From assembly GCA_943358385.1 (NCBI GenBank), contig CALRGX010000004.1, forward strand, positions 10,610 through 74,609: a stretch of DNA of 64,000 nucleotides. The letters are read 5' to 3'. Below are positions 1 to 10,560 of the stretch, piece after piece (position 1 is the first letter of the stretch; every line of letters begins with the position of its first letter). The DNA comes from Parcubacteria group bacterium. GTDB taxonomy: Bacteria; Patescibacteriota; Minisyncoccia; Phycocordibacterales; UBA2100. Below the pieces are notes generated by a model that did no database searches, had not been told where the DNA came from, and saw only the letters and a list, made by a program, of their open reading frames with translations. The position numbers and the translations under genes were made by a program.

Positions 1-1076
1 GAAACCGATTGTATGGATACCAGTGTTTCCGAAGCGCGCGCAATCTGACCACGTTTTCCATCTTGCCTCGTTACTACTCCTGCAATGGGTGCTAGCAGCG
101 CCACATCCTTCAGACGAACTTCGATGGTGCGTATCTGAGCATCGGCTTGTGCAATGCGTGCACGCTGCACTGCCAAACGTTCGACAGTTGTCCCCGCTTC
201 GGCAAGGGAGACCTGTGTATCCATTAAGGTGACATCCGAGCGTGCGACACTCACATTTTTCTGGGCCGTTTCCAATGATGAGAGAGACGAGTCAATGACG
301 CTGCGCGCAGCGGTTATCGATGATTTGAGTGCGTCGTTCGAGGTTCCTGCCGGCAATGTATTCACCGCGCGGGAAACGAGTGCCAAGTAATCTCGCACAC
401 TCGCCAACCCTTCAAGACTAGTACTTACCTTTTTTTCAGACGACAGTGAGCTATTGAGTACTGCCGACCAGTCAAGAAACGTTTGCCCTATCGCGCTGCG
501 CCCTGCTTCGAGTCGTGTCTTGAGGAGACTTTCGCTCACTGGATAATTGAAGGTTGGATTGGACGTGGGGTTTGAGAACAATTGATCAACGGCATGATGC
601 AGCGCATCATCGGATTTTGAAAATGCATCAAGTGCACTCACTACTAAGAGCTGTTCCGCCTCACGCAGTGCGGTACGGGCGCTTTCACGTTTGGCATACG
701 CAACTTCGATGTCTTCGTCACGCGGCCCCGCATCAAGACTCGCATATTCGGCTTCCTCGGTGCGCTTCGTTGCATAGGCTTGGGCAAGGCTGCCACGCAA
801 TTCGTCTTCATCAAGTGCCAAGAGCTGTTGCCCGCCGGAGACTCGTTCGCCTTCTTCTACAAATACGGCAGCAATGCGGCCACTGATGGGAAAACCTAGA
901 TCTACCGCCTCTGCTGCCTTTGCCTTGCCGATTATAACCACGCGCTCTTCCACGTCACCCACTCGTGCAGAGAGGACCTGTATTTCCTCGCGTGTCGCTG
1001 TGCGATAGAACCATCCACTGGCAAGCACACACACCATCAGTCCCATGAGTACATAGAGAGCCCGGTGCGAAGTCAT
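1..1076 (-). CDS. HlyD/MacA-family periplasmic adaptor (membrane fusion protein), C-terminus runs off window start
   Basis: Manual translation of the minus strand starting at 1076 gives MTSHRALYVLMGLMVCVLASGW..., with an N-terminal signal anchor, long coiled-coil Ala/Glu-rich segments and a beta-rich tail. It has an ATGA overlap with the upstream MacB-like ATPase gene. Confidence 0.6.
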   Translation of the reverse strand, partial: MTSHRALYVLMGLMVCVLASGWFYRTATREEIQVLSARVGDVEERVVIIGKAKAAEAVDLGFPISGRIAAVFVEEGERVSGGQQLLALDEDELRGSLAQAYATKRTEEAEYASLDAGPRDEDIEVAYAKRESARTALREAEQLLVVSALDAFSKSDDALHHAVDQLFSNPTSNPTFNYPVSESLLKTRLEAGRSAIGQTFLDWSAVLNSSLSSEKKVSTSLEGLASVRDYLALVSRAVNTLPAGTSNDALKSSITAARSVIDSSLSSLETAQKNVSVARSDVTLMDTQVSLAEAGTTVERLAVQRARIAQADAQIRTIEVRLKDVALLAPIAGVVTRQDGKRGQIARASETLVSIQSV

Positions 1077-1810
1077 ACTCTTGATTGTACTCTCTTAGGC
1101 GACTTATCTGAGACCATTTCCCCATCAGCGAGCATGATGACGCGCCCTGTTATTGATGCATACTCTTTCTCATGAGTCACCATTAGAATGGTCTGGCCAA
1201 AACGGTTGAGCTCGATAAATAAATCAAGAATTGTTTCCGACGTCTCACTATCTAAGTTTGCTGTTGGCTCATCCGCAAATAAAATTTTGGGCTCATGGGC
1301 AATGGCGCGAGCAATGGCCACACGCTGCTGCTGGCCGCCCGAGAGCTGTGACGGACGATTCAGAAGGCGATCACCCAACCCCACGCGTTGAAGTGCCTCG
1401 GCCGACTTCCGACGTGCACCATCAGTGGAGACACCCTGCATCATGAGTGGCACCATGACATTTTCAGTAGCCGTTAACTCGGGGAGGAGTGCATAATCTT
1501 GGAACACATATCCCAGTTTATCGAGTCGAAAGGCGGTGCGTCTTTTTCCACTGATACGCGTAATGTCTACGCCATCAATAATAACCTCACCTGATGTGGG
1601 GTGGTCGAGCGCACCCAGCTGGTAGAGGAGCGTGCTTTTTCCTGATCCAGAGCGCCCGGTAATGGCGACAAATTCTCCTTCTCGCACGGTGAACGACACG
1701 CCACGAAGTGCGCGGACTTCGGCGTCGCCCACATGGAACGTCTTCGTGAGGGAGCAGACTGCGATAAGTGGCGACACTTGTGTTGATACTCTTTTTTTGG
1801 CTTTGGTCAT
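1073..1810 (-). CDS. ABC transporter ATP-binding protein (MacB/LolD-like)
   Basis: Walker A GRSGSGKST, signature [14 protein letters not shown] and Walker B ILFADEPT; 245 aa. Confidence 0.85.
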   Translation of the reverse strand: MTKAKKRVSTQVSPLIAVCSLTKTFHVGDAEVRALRGVSFTVREGEFVAITGRSGSGKSTLLYQLGALDHPTSGEVIIDGVDITRISGKRRTAFRLDKLGYVFQDYALLPELTATENVMVPLMMQGVSTDGARRKSAEALQRVGLGDRLLNRPSQLSGGQQQRVAIARAIAHEPKILFADEPTANLDSETSETILDLFIELNRFGQTILMVTHEKEYASITGRVIMLADGEMVSDKSPKRVQSRV

Positions 1811-1812
1811 AG

Positions 1813-3090
1813 TTAACGGCCTAGTATGGCATCGAGTGTATTTTGTTTTACGATCATGCGCGCTGGTACGTACCCCGCAATCAAGCTCGCGACAATTAAG
1901 AGCGCCCCGCGCAAAGACGTTCCCACCGCCGTCACAGAAAGTACACCGTCACTAAAGGGGAAATTAATAGGGTGCACATCAATCCATGGCTTTATAATAC
2001 AAAAAAGAACCAGTGCCCCAACCACCGTTCCTACCGTGGCATAAAAGAGCGCCTGCATCACATAGGAGAGTTCGATGACCGAAGCATCAACACCAATGCC
2101 GCGCAATATGCCAATATATTTTCGCCGCGTCACCGCATTTATAAAAATGACAATAAAGATGGTGATTGAGGACACGATCAAACCGATAGTACCGACGATA
2201 TTACCCAAGAGCGCAAATGTGTCTTTAATATCGCGAATGAATTTTGGTTGCGCATCTACCCAGGTCTGCACGCGAGCACGCTCGGAGAGCCCACTACGCA
2301 CCAACGCCTCTTTCGTAAATACCGCACCTTCATCAGTAAACGTATTGATGGCAATTTCATTCACGCTTTTGTCAGCACGCCCCAAGAGCTCGCGCAGCGA
2401 CGTGTCGAGCATGAAGATGCGTGAATCAATTTCTTGAACCTTCCCCTTAACGATTCCTTTCACCGTAAATTCTTTTACATGTGGACCTACTTTTATGCGC
2501 ACCCTGTCGCCAATCGCTACGTCTTTTAGTGTTCGCAAACCAGGAGTGTCGATAGGTGAATACTGGTACAGCTTGTCCGCTCCCATGAGAATCGCCTCCG
2601 AATCTTGCGGGTCCAAATAGGAGCCCGCGATGACGCGGGAGCGTAACCCTGATACGGCATCCTCATCCATGGGATTAATGCCCGTTAGAAGTGCGTTTGT
2701 CTCATTCGGAATATCAGTGTAATTGGTTTTGCTGCGATACCCTGCTTCCACATCGGCAATCCCGGTGTAGCGCGCGGAGAGTGCCTCGACCCACGGAAGC
2801 GAGCGCACCAGGGCTATTGCACTGGGACTATCTTCTATGTACGGACGCGTTTGTGTCGCTGAAATCAACACGTCCCCTGTATAGAGAGTGCGATTCGCCG
2901 TAGACGCACTTTCAATAAGACCCACCAGAATACCGCCGATGAAAATCAAGTTGAGGAATGTCAGTGCCATTACTGATGTGATTAAAAGGTTCGTCCACAG
3001 GCTTCCACGCCGCACTTGCCGGTACGCAAGAAATGACGCTAAGCGGAGCACGATTGCCATTCGAGAAGACCACTCACTCAGCGTGCGCAT
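1813..3090 (-). CDS. ABC transporter permease, FtsX/MacB-type with large periplasmic domain
   Basis: 425 aa with N- and C-terminal TM helices and a central soluble domain. It is adjacent to the ATPase with a 2-nt gap. Confidence 0.75.
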   Translation of the reverse strand: MRTLSEWSSRMAIVLRLASFLAYRQVRRGSLWTNLLITSVMALTFLNLIFIGGILVGLIESASTANRTLYTGDVLISATQTRPYIEDSPSAIALVRSLPWVEALSARYTGIADVEAGYRSKTNYTDIPNETNALLTGINPMDEDAVSGLRSRVIAGSYLDPQDSEAILMGADKLYQYSPIDTPGLRTLKDVAIGDRVRIKVGPHVKEFTVKGIVKGKVQEIDSRIFMLDTSLRELLGRADKSVNEIAINTFTDEGAVFTKEALVRSGLSERARVQTWVDAQPKFIRDIKDTFALLGNIVGTIGLIVSSITIFIVIFINAVTRRKYIGILRGIGVDASVIELSYVMQALFYATVGTVVGALVLFCIIKPWIDVHPINFPFSDGVLSVTAVGTSLRGALLIVASLIAGYVPARMIVKQNTLDAILGR

Positions 3091-3135
3091 GAAGAAATGA
3101 TACCACGCACATGCGTGCGTGCGTTTTCAAAAAAA

Positions 3136-4842
3136 CTATAACGCCTTGTATAAGATACGCGCCAACTTCAAATCATCGAAAGAGTACACTCCTTTCAGTT
3201 CTCCAAAAACAGGAGTCAGTGTGTCGGTGCCATGGCGTTTGAATGCTGCTTCAATTTTGGGCATAGAGCGCAGAAGTGCGGGCGACACGGCGCGCTTCAC
3301 CTCATCGAATGACAGCAGGTCGCGCACATACAGATTCTCAACATGATCGATGATGGTGCTTTCTTTCAGTGTGCGCGCTTTGGCAATGTCTTTTATAGAC
3401 TTTCGCTCTTTAAGCATACCGAGCGTTACCATCTGCGTAGCCCCTTTCTCAACCGTACTTTTTTTCTTGGCTTTCGGCACCACCCCACCCTCTCGAGAAC
3501 CGCCCGCGGCGGTGATAAAGCGTTCGACGTACGACTGATGCTCACTATCATTCATGGCACCAAAACGCTCTCGTGCATTTCTCGAGCGCTCCTTAAAATC
3601 TTCGTCTCGTTCATGCACTTCAGGATGTACTTCGAGGGCACGTCGGTTGTATCCTAAGAGATGCAGCCCTTCCAGGGTACGTACGCGAGAGAGCGCTACA
3701 TACCCCTGCCCGAATTCAAACGCTTTCGTTAAATCCACCACTGCCGCATCCAGTGTCATTCCTTGGCTTTTATGTACGGTAATTGCCCAGGCAAGCCTGA
3801 GGGGCAACTGTGCAATGCGCGCCAGCACGCGCCCACCTTCTTCCATAGTCCATTCCGATTGCTCCACATCAATGTGGCGACCTTCGTACGTGCGCACGGT
3901 TGGTGCGCCACTCATGGAGATGGATACCACTTCGCCCAGAGTACCATTCACAAACTTTCCGGCAGGGTCATTTTTGGTAAACATAACACGCGCACCCTCC
4001 TTCAACAGCAGATGTTCTGGCGAAAGACAACCGCGCTTGAGTGATGCGATCAACACGTCGCCTCCTCGCGCCGTCATCGTAAACGTATGCATGCGCCCCG
4101 GAATCTGATGCAGGCGCTCGTCATTGATACGGTCAACATCGCTATTATGCGAAAAGAGTCGCGGTGCATCTTTCGGTGCCTCATGCTCTTTTATCGTGCG
4201 GGCCTCGAGAATGTGGTGCACGCCTTCCAAGGCGTCGCTGGCGCGTATCTTTCCAAGAAGCTTTGCAAACGACGCATCGTCTTGACGGTATTGCTCTTCG
4301 AGATAACAGACCATGGGATTTAAATCACGCCAGGCAGACGAGCTAAATGCAAAAGGCGATTCCTGTGATTCCTCATATTCACTGCATGCAAACGCAGTGC
4401 GCCTCATGATAGGGGGCAGCTGGAAGAAATCGCCTACCAAGATAACCTGCAGCCCACCAAATGGTGTGGCCACTCCCTTTACTGCACGCAACACCTGATC
4501 AACCATCAAGAGTACTGACCCCGAGAGCATGGACACTTCATCAATGATGAGCACGTGCGTGTCTTTAACGCGGCGGCGGACATTTTTATTTTCACTAATT
4601 GCTTCGACATCATATTCAGAAAGATAGTCGCGCACACCGATACCACTCCAACTATGAATGGTCATACCACCCACATGCGTGGCTGCAATGCCCGTCGAGG
4701 CCGTGATGGCTGGCTCGATGCCGTGTTCGCGAAGGTACCGAATGTAGCGATTGATTGTATACGTCTTGCCAGACCCCGGCTCGCCGGTAAGAAAGACATG
4801 TGCCCCCGTTTTAAGCACGCGTAGTGCCTCATCTTGTGTCAT
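3136..4842 (-). CDS. PIF1/RecD-family ATP-dependent DNA helicase with C-terminal HTH-like domain
   Basis: GEPGSGKTY Walker A, DEVSM Walker B, VILVGDFFQLPP and a C-terminal UvrD-like region; 568 aa. Confidence 0.8.
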   Translation of the reverse strand: MTQDEALRVLKTGAHVFLTGEPGSGKTYTINRYIRYLREHGIEPAITASTGIAATHVGGMTIHSWSGIGVRDYLSEYDVEAISENKNVRRRVKDTHVLIIDEVSMLSGSVLLMVDQVLRAVKGVATPFGGLQVILVGDFFQLPPIMRRTAFACSEYEESQESPFAFSSSAWRDLNPMVCYLEEQYRQDDASFAKLLGKIRASDALEGVHHILEARTIKEHEAPKDAPRLFSHNSDVDRINDERLHQIPGRMHTFTMTARGGDVLIASLKRGCLSPEHLLLKEGARVMFTKNDPAGKFVNGTLGEVVSISMSGAPTVRTYEGRHIDVEQSEWTMEEGGRVLARIAQLPLRLAWAITVHKSQGMTLDAAVVDLTKAFEFGQGYVALSRVRTLEGLHLLGYNRRALEVHPEVHERDEDFKERSRNARERFGAMNDSEHQSYVERFITAAGGSREGGVVPKAKKKSTVEKGATQMVTLGMLKERKSIKDIAKARTLKESTIIDHVENLYVRDLLSFDEVKRAVSPALLRSMPKIEAAFKRHGTDTLTPVFGELKGVYSFDDLKLARILYKAL

Positions 4843-4884
4843 GCGAACATGATACTACCTGAGGAGCTGCTCTACGAATCTATC

Positions 4885-6063
4885 TTAACGGACAGGAAGT
4901 ACACTCCACAGTGCGGGATCTTGCCCGCCATCAAGCTTAAAGATAGAGATGCCGCGTACTCCGAGTCGCCTTGCTAGATCCATCTTGTCTTTTACCGCTT
5001 GGGCGTCGCTCCACACCATCATGCGAAACGTATGATTGGTATTGGTAAGCTGCGCCAGCGTGGTAGCTGCGGCTGCAACATTGCCGCTATTAGGAATCGC
5101 CGAGGTGCTCCGGGTGGTAGTGGGGACGTACGTGAAAAACATTTCGCCGTACGAATTGCGCTGCGGCGTAATGCCGTACTGCTGTGCGATTGGCCAGGCA
5201 TACCCAGGATTGAAGGACCACTGCAAATCATACGTATATCCATCAGCGTACGCGGTGACGTCGTACTCATACCCGTACGTCGGCACGCCAATCATAATTT
5301 TATTTTTCTTGATATCTTTCATGGCGAGACGAATCGTTTTCTCAACCCACGCAGGATCCGAAACAGGGCTGTAGAGCTCTTTGACATGAGCTTTATTAAG
5401 ATTGAGGTCTATCGACTGCTGGTCGTAGGCCATGAAGCGCACGCGGTCACAGTATTTGTTCAGCGACGGAAAATCGTTTGCGAACTCTATGTCGGGTGGT
5501 GTGACCACAAAACGGTCAGCATCAGGAGTTCGGGCCTCAACCGTACACATGACCCACTTGTTCCCCATCCTCATGTAGAGCCCTTTAAGAAAAAGTGAGA
5601 AGTACGGCCTTGTTCGTGCCTGCTTTCCCTCAAAATCAATATCAATACCGTCGAACCCTTTCTCTTTTACCAGTGCCGTTATGTAATCTTGAAGAGCATT
5701 TCGGCTTTTCTGGTTACTTAACAGTGTGTGCACCAGTTCACCATTACTGGTCATCACTGTGGGAATCACGCGCACATGGTTTTTCTTGGCTTCTGCGATG
5801 AAAGATTTCCATGGCTCTTCGTCAAGTTTGCCATTATCGAGGAAGGTGCCGTCGCTCTTCAGTGTGTATACAAAAGGATTGACTTCATTCAACTGATTGA
5901 GATGCGGGAGCACATCTTGCGTTCCTGTCGCCGATCGCCAATACGGAATCCAGCCCGACACCTCAAAGGGTGCCGACCACAGTGCTGCCGATGCAGACTG
6001 TGGTAACACAAAAAAAACCAAGAGGAGAAAAAAGGGCACCGTGTACCGTCGTAGCATCATCAC
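4885..6063 (-). CDS. secreted glycoside hydrolase family 18 (chitinase-like) protein
   Basis: Signal peptide MMMLRRYTVPFFLLLVFFVLPQSASA; GH18 catalytic motif FDGIDIDFE. Confidence 0.75.
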   Translation of the reverse strand: MMMLRRYTVPFFLLLVFFVLPQSASAALWSAPFEVSGWIPYWRSATGTQDVLPHLNQLNEVNPFVYTLKSDGTFLDNGKLDEEPWKSFIAEAKKNHVRVIPTVMTSNGELVHTLLSNQKSRNALQDYITALVKEKGFDGIDIDFEGKQARTRPYFSLFLKGLYMRMGNKWVMCTVEARTPDADRFVVTPPDIEFANDFPSLNKYCDRVRFMAYDQQSIDLNLNKAHVKELYSPVSDPAWVEKTIRLAMKDIKKNKIMIGVPTYGYEYDVTAYADGYTYDLQWSFNPGYAWPIAQQYGITPQRNSYGEMFFTYVPTTTRSTSAIPNSGNVAAAATTLAQLTNTNHTFRMMVWSDAQAVKDKMDLARRLGVRGISIFKLDGGQDPALWSVLPVR

Positions 6064-6108
6064 ACTATACAGGACGGGACTTGGAATAGAAACTTACACT
6101 GATTCTCT

Positions 6109-6495
6109 TTACATGAGACCGAACCCGAGCGCTGCCAAATACGTCCCCAACACTATAGAGAGGAGACCGCCCCATGTGTACCACGATGGAGTGTTAAATT
6201 TTTTCATCGTTCGGGTGAGCCACTGGTGTGGCATCGTGAGGTAGAACACACTTTCAACAACCATCATCCATCCCACCAATGCAACGACACCAGAGAGACT
6301 CAATGAAATAGTGGGGTACGAAAGGACGAGCGCCAACCCAGCCGCCAATTCCAGAAGCGGGATGAAAAACATCAGCACCTTGTTCTGAAAAAATTCATTC
6401 ATCACCGGCATTATGGATTTCTGCCGGACCATAACAATGAGCCCGATAATCACGAAGTAGAGTCCGAACAGTTGTGCAAAGAAGAATTCGTACAT
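6109..6495 (-). CDS. small 4-TM membrane protein, unknown function
   Basis: 128 aa, four hydrophobic helices. Confidence 0.4.
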   Translation of the reverse strand: MYEFFFAQLFGLYFVIIGLIVMVRQKSIMPVMNEFFQNKVLMFFIPLLELAAGLALVLSYPTISLSLSGVVALVGWMMVVESVFYLTMPHQWLTRTMKKFNTPSWYTWGGLLSIVLGTYLAALGFGLM

Positions 6496-6555
6496 AGGTG
6501 CACTGAAATCTTATAATACATTAATGCTAGCACGCCTGCGCGGTATACTGCGTGC

Positions 6556-7605
6556 ATGTTCACATCTCGTGTCATTGCTGCAGTCGGTGCTGCAACTGCG
6601 TGGATGATACCGAAAACGACGGCGGCGCACGAAGTGTATGTGCTCACGCCACAGCAGATTAGTGAAGCATTGAGTCGGCCAGCTTTTTCGGAGTGGCAGA
6701 CACTCATCACGAATCTCGATCAGGTACTTCTCTGGGGCTGCATCGCAGCCATAGTCGTATTAAGCGTATTCTTCATATTAATTTCCCGCAGTGTTGAAAG
6801 ATTTTTTGACCCCTTCCTTTCAAAATTGCCACCATATGCACCCCTCATAAGTCGTGTCAGTATTGGCCTTGGTTTACTGTCAGCGGCGTATCACAGCGCC
6901 CTGTTTGGGCCCGAGTTGCCACTAGTGCTCGTGTTTGGATCTCTGGCACCCCTCATACAGGCGCTCTTGGGCATAACCGGCATTATGTGTATTGCTGGCT
7001 TTTTTGTGCGCATCGCGTCACTCATTTTGCTCGCCATTTTCGCCGGGGCGTTTTACTCGCAAGGCATCTACATGCTCACGTATGCTAATTATGTGGGTGA
7101 ATTATTCCTTTTGTTGATTCTTGGGGCACATGTATTGGGTTACCATCACAAAGCTCATGACTACATACATGCGCCAGGCTGGCTCCTGAAAATCAAACAC
7201 ACTCTGGTTCCGTACGCATTTCCCCTGTTGCGCATCGGGTTCGGCGTGTCGCTGCTCTTTGCCTCCCTGTATGCAAAAATTGTGTACAACAATCTTGCAC
7301 TTGCTGTCGCGGAGACCTACCCCGCAATCCCTGCTTTTTTTGGTTTTGAACCTCATTTTTTAGTACTCGGTGCCGCCATTATAGAAATAGTACTCGCCCT
7401 CTTCTTCATACTCGGTATAGAAATTCGTTTTGCCGCACTCTTCCTTGAGTTCTGGCTCGGTCTTTCACTATGGTACTTCGGCGAAGCAGTATGGCCACAC
7501 TTTATTCTTATCGGCATCCCGATTGCGTTTTTGTGCTACGGCTATGACAAAAAGAGCCTGGAAGGGCTCTTTATGAAGCGGTACGGTCGTCACCCCGTGC
7601 TATGA
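6556..7605 (+). CDS. polytopic membrane protein, unknown function
   Basis: 349 aa, at least eight predicted TM helices, divergent from the preceding gene. Confidence 0.5.
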   Translation: MFTSRVIAAVGAATAWMIPKTTAAHEVYVLTPQQISEALSRPAFSEWQTLITNLDQVLLWGCIAAIVVLSVFFILISRSVERFFDPFLSKLPPYAPLISRVSIGLGLLSAAYHSALFGPELPLVLVFGSLAPLIQALLGITGIMCIAGFFVRIASLILLAIFAGAFYSQGIYMLTYANYVGELFLLLILGAHVLGYHHKAHDYIHAPGWLLKIKHTLVPYAFPLLRIGFGVSLLFASLYAKIVYNNLALAVAETYPAIPAFFGFEPHFLVLGAAIIEIVLALFFILGIEIRFAALFLEFWLGLSLWYFGEAVWPHFILIGIPIAFLCYGYDKKSLEGLFMKRYGRHPVL

Positions 7606-7614
7606 CTCGGACGA

Positions 7615-7995
7615 CTATCGCTTTTGCAGACGAAGTTCCACTTTGCTCACAATGTCGGCCATGCTGGAATCGCCCTTGATGATGTAAAAGAATGCTTTGT
7701 TTTCCATCGCCTTCTCGAGCATCTCCACTTCAGACATGTTGGTGAGGATAATTACCTCAACATCTTTGCCCCACTCATCTTTGCGCAACTCTGCAATCAT
7801 CTCCATACCGCCCATCTTGGGCATTTTAAGATCCGTCAAAATAAGATCAGGGTGCTTTTCCTTAGCGAGAGCAAGTCCTTTCTCCCCATCCTCTGCAACG
7901 AGTACATCATAGCCATGATGTGTGAGAGCCCCTTGGAGCGCAAGAGCTGCGGGCGCCTCATCTTCAACTAGTAGGATTGTTTTCTTTTCGTTCAT
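7615..7995 (-). CDS. stand-alone response regulator receiver (CheY-like)
   Basis: ILLVEDE ... LILTDLKMPKMGG ... receiver motifs; 126 aa. Confidence 0.8.
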   Translation of the reverse strand: MNEKKTILLVEDEAPAALALQGALTHHGYDVLVAEDGEKGLALAKEKHPDLILTDLKMPKMGGMEMIAELRKDEWGKDVEVIILTNMSEVEMLEKAMENKAFFYIIKGDSSMADIVSKVELRLQKR

Positions 7996-8067
7996 ACAGG
8001 GTCGTTGAGGTTTGGTTATGCCTACAGTATACGCCCTCCCTTCTGAGGGGCAAATGGCCTGTCCAGA

Positions 8068-9345
8068 TCAGGCGTCTTTACCAGGTTTTTTCCACACCAG
8101 TGGTAACGACGCGTAGAAAGTCGTCCCCTTATCCTCAATTGACTCAAAGGTCACATCGCCACCAACTTTCTGACAAATCATCTTGATGATGTATAGACCC
8201 AGACCAGTACCATCGGTAACCAGCGATTCCGCATTCGATGCGCGGTGCAGTTTTTCAAAGACGCGACTCTGGTCCGCCTTGGGAATACCGATGCCCGTAT
8301 CTGCTACACGGACAAAGAGCGATTCTTTAACCGCCCCTCCCAGCTCCACATCGCACGTCACCTTCCTTCCCTCAGGAGTGTACTTGATGGCGTTAGAAAT
8401 AAGGTTCTGAAAGACCATGCGCAGCAAACTCTTGTCGGCGCTCATATGCGGCATACTCGGCTGACAGTTGAGCGTGAAATTGAGTTTCCTTTCCTCTGCT
8501 CGATGTCGCTGTTCTTCGTAGACACTCTTTGCCAATTCACAAACATCAATTTCTTCCGGCATGATACGCAGCGTGTCGTTTTCAATACGAGACACATTTA
8601 AGAGATCGTTGACCATTTCAATCATACGATTTGATGATTGCAGCACTGAGTTCATGTGCTTCGCTTGCTCGGGGGTCAAGACGCCCGCAACACCGCCCAA
8701 CAACCCCTCCATAGTCCACCTGAGCGAGGTAAGCGGCGTCTTAAGTTGATGCGACGCGAGGGAGACGAATTCCGACTTTGCCTTGTCAACTTCGGCTTCT
8801 TTAGTAACGTCGTGCATGACTCCTTTTAGAAAACGGAGTTTGTTTTCCCCCCCGAGGGTGGTTGTACCTTCAACACGCAGGTATTTTAATTTGCCGGACG
8901 GGACCAAAATCCTAAAGGCGAATGAGAAGCGACCCGGCCGTTTGATTGCTTCCTGCCAGCGTGTCTTTGTTTCTTCTCGATCCTTCTCGTGGGTGAGCTC
9001 GACAATAGCATCGACCGTGGGCGGGCGTCGACGCGGCGGTGTTTCGAACAAGTTGTACATTTCCTCTGACCACAGTGATTCCTGTGGGTTTTCGAAGTTC
9101 CAGGTAAAGCTGCCGAAGTGGCCGATTTTTTCAGCTTCACTCAGCTGTACCGTCATCACGTCGAGCTCTTGTGAGAGTGACTCCACCCGGCGAGCAACTC
9201 GCTCTCGCATCGAATACAAAAGGTACACAGAAAGCGCAGTGGCAGGTATAGCGAGCGCCACGAAAATGCCGATGATGCCAGAAGGAAAGATATCTTGCAC
9301 CTTTTCACCAAAGGTCGTTAATACGCGAAATATGCTATCCACCAC
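8068..9345 (-). CDS. sensor histidine kinase (TM + PAS-like + HisKA + HATPase_c)
   Basis: H-box ASHQLKTPLTSL; N box NLISNAIKYT; G boxes DTGIGI and GTGLGL; N-terminal TM. Confidence 0.85.
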   Translation of the reverse strand: MVDSIFRVLTTFGEKVQDIFPSGIIGIFVALAIPATALSVYLLYSMRERVARRVESLSQELDVMTVQLSEAEKIGHFGSFTWNFENPQESLWSEEMYNLFETPPRRRPPTVDAIVELTHEKDREETKTRWQEAIKRPGRFSFAFRILVPSGKLKYLRVEGTTTLGGENKLRFLKGVMHDVTKEAEVDKAKSEFVSLASHQLKTPLTSLRWTMEGLLGGVAGVLTPEQAKHMNSVLQSSNRMIEMVNDLLNVSRIENDTLRIMPEEIDVCELAKSVYEEQRHRAEERKLNFTLNCQPSMPHMSADKSLLRMVFQNLISNAIKYTPEGRKVTCDVELGGAVKESLFVRVADTGIGIPKADQSRVFEKLHRASNAESLVTDGTGLGLYIIKMICQKVGGDVTFESIEDKGTTFYASLPLVWKKPGKDA

Positions 9346-9351
9346 AACATG

Positions 9352-9597
9352 CTAGCACGGGGCAATGAGTTTCAATTTCTCCCGCCGAGTGAGTTTCTTC
9401 AATGTCGCCTCACGTACGAGTGCACGGGTGCGGGTGCGGAATTTTTGTTGATATACCAGAGTCACCGGCGTTCGTCCCCGTGTGTACTTTGCCCCTTTTT
9501 TTGAACTATTATGTTCACTGATTCTTCGGTGGATGTCGGTGGTGAATCCTGTATAAAGCGTGGCATCAATACAGCGCACTATGTAGACATAAAACAT
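9352..9597 (-). CDS. GIY-YIG nuclease-family small protein
   Basis: MFYVYIVRCIDATLYTGFTTDIHRRISEHN, the GIY-YIG signature; 81 aa; 7 nt upstream of the HK gene. Confidence 0.7.
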   Translation of the reverse strand: MFYVYIVRCIDATLYTGFTTDIHRRISEHNSSKKGAKYTRGRTPVTLVYQQKFRTRTRALVREATLKKLTRREKLKLIAPC

Positions 9598-9651
9598 ACA
9601 CCCGCAGTATACCGTTCGTACGCATGCACACCCTCTGCTACTATAGACCGT

Positions 9652-10551
9652 ATGCTTTCTTACCTAAAACATCCATTCTTTTGGGGCCCTACTGCATGTT
9701 CGGTCGCCTTGCTTGTACTCTTGGGAGCTACATGTTGGGAGTACCAGGAAGCTACTGCAGACCATCAGCAGACGGTGACTGCCTTTGCATCGAGTACGGA
9801 TACCTACCGTTCTTTTACGTATGAAATACGCATCCGAGAAGCGCGTCTTGCTGAGGAAAAGGAAGCGGTCATACGCAACCTCACCTCGGAACAAGAGCGA
9901 AACAATGCAATCCAAAACCAAATCGATGGGCTGAAAGGGAGTGTAGCGGTCATCCAGAAAGTAAACGCTACCGACAAGGAACTACTGCAAAAATATTCGA
10001 AAGTGTATTTTCTTAATGAGAACTACGCGCCACCACAGCTCACCGTCATATCACCAGAATTCGTGTGGGGCATTGATAAAGCACTCGAGACACACGCGCA
10101 AGTGACACCCTTTCTACATGCACTACTGGGGGCTGCACGCTCGCAAAATATTGATCTTGCAGTCCTTTCAGCATATCGCTCTTTCAACACGCAAGCCTCA
10201 CTTAAATCCGCTTACACGGTACGCTACGGCGCTGGCGCTAACGCTTTCTCTGCAGATCAGGGATATTCAGAACATCAGTTAGGCACTACAGTTGATTTCA
10301 CGACGCGCGCGGGGGGTAGTGTCCTTGCTGGATTTGACGAAACCGCTGCTTTTACATGGCTCCGGGAGCATGCCCATCTCTACGGTTTCGTTCTGTCATA
10401 CCCTGAAGGAAACAACTATTACGTGTATGAGCCGTGGCACTGGAGATTTGTTGGTGTCGAGTTGGCAAGCAAGCTTCACGCAGAGTCACGTGATTTTTAC
10501 GATATGGACCAGCGGGTACTTGATACCTATCGCATCTCCCTCTTTGATTAA
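9652..10551 (+). CDS. D-alanyl-D-alanine carboxypeptidase, VanY/peptidase M15B family
   Basis: SEHQLGTTVDFT and YGFVLSYP...EPWHWRFVG motifs. The start was trimmed to the internal ATG at 9652 (MLSYLKHPFFWG, signal anchor) to avoid overlap with the GIY-YIG gene. Confidence 0.7.
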   Translation: MLSYLKHPFFWGPTACSVALLVLLGATCWEYQEATADHQQTVTAFASSTDTYRSFTYEIRIREARLAEEKEAVIRNLTSEQERNNAIQNQIDGLKGSVAVIQKVNATDKELLQKYSKVYFLNENYAPPQLTVISPEFVWGIDKALETHAQVTPFLHALLGAARSQNIDLAVLSAYRSFNTQASLKSAYTVRYGAGANAFSADQGYSEHQLGTTVDFTTRAGGSVLAGFDETAAFTWLREHAHLYGFVLSYPEGNNYYVYEPWHWRFVGVELASKLHAESRDFYDMDQRVLDTYRISLFD

Positions 10552-10560
10552 GGGCGGTGC

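Noticed and set aside
9511-9651. N-terminal 47-codon extension of the VanY-like ORF
   Set aside because: It would overlap the convergent GIY-YIG gene by ~90 nt. The internal ATG at 9652 gives a proper signal anchor.
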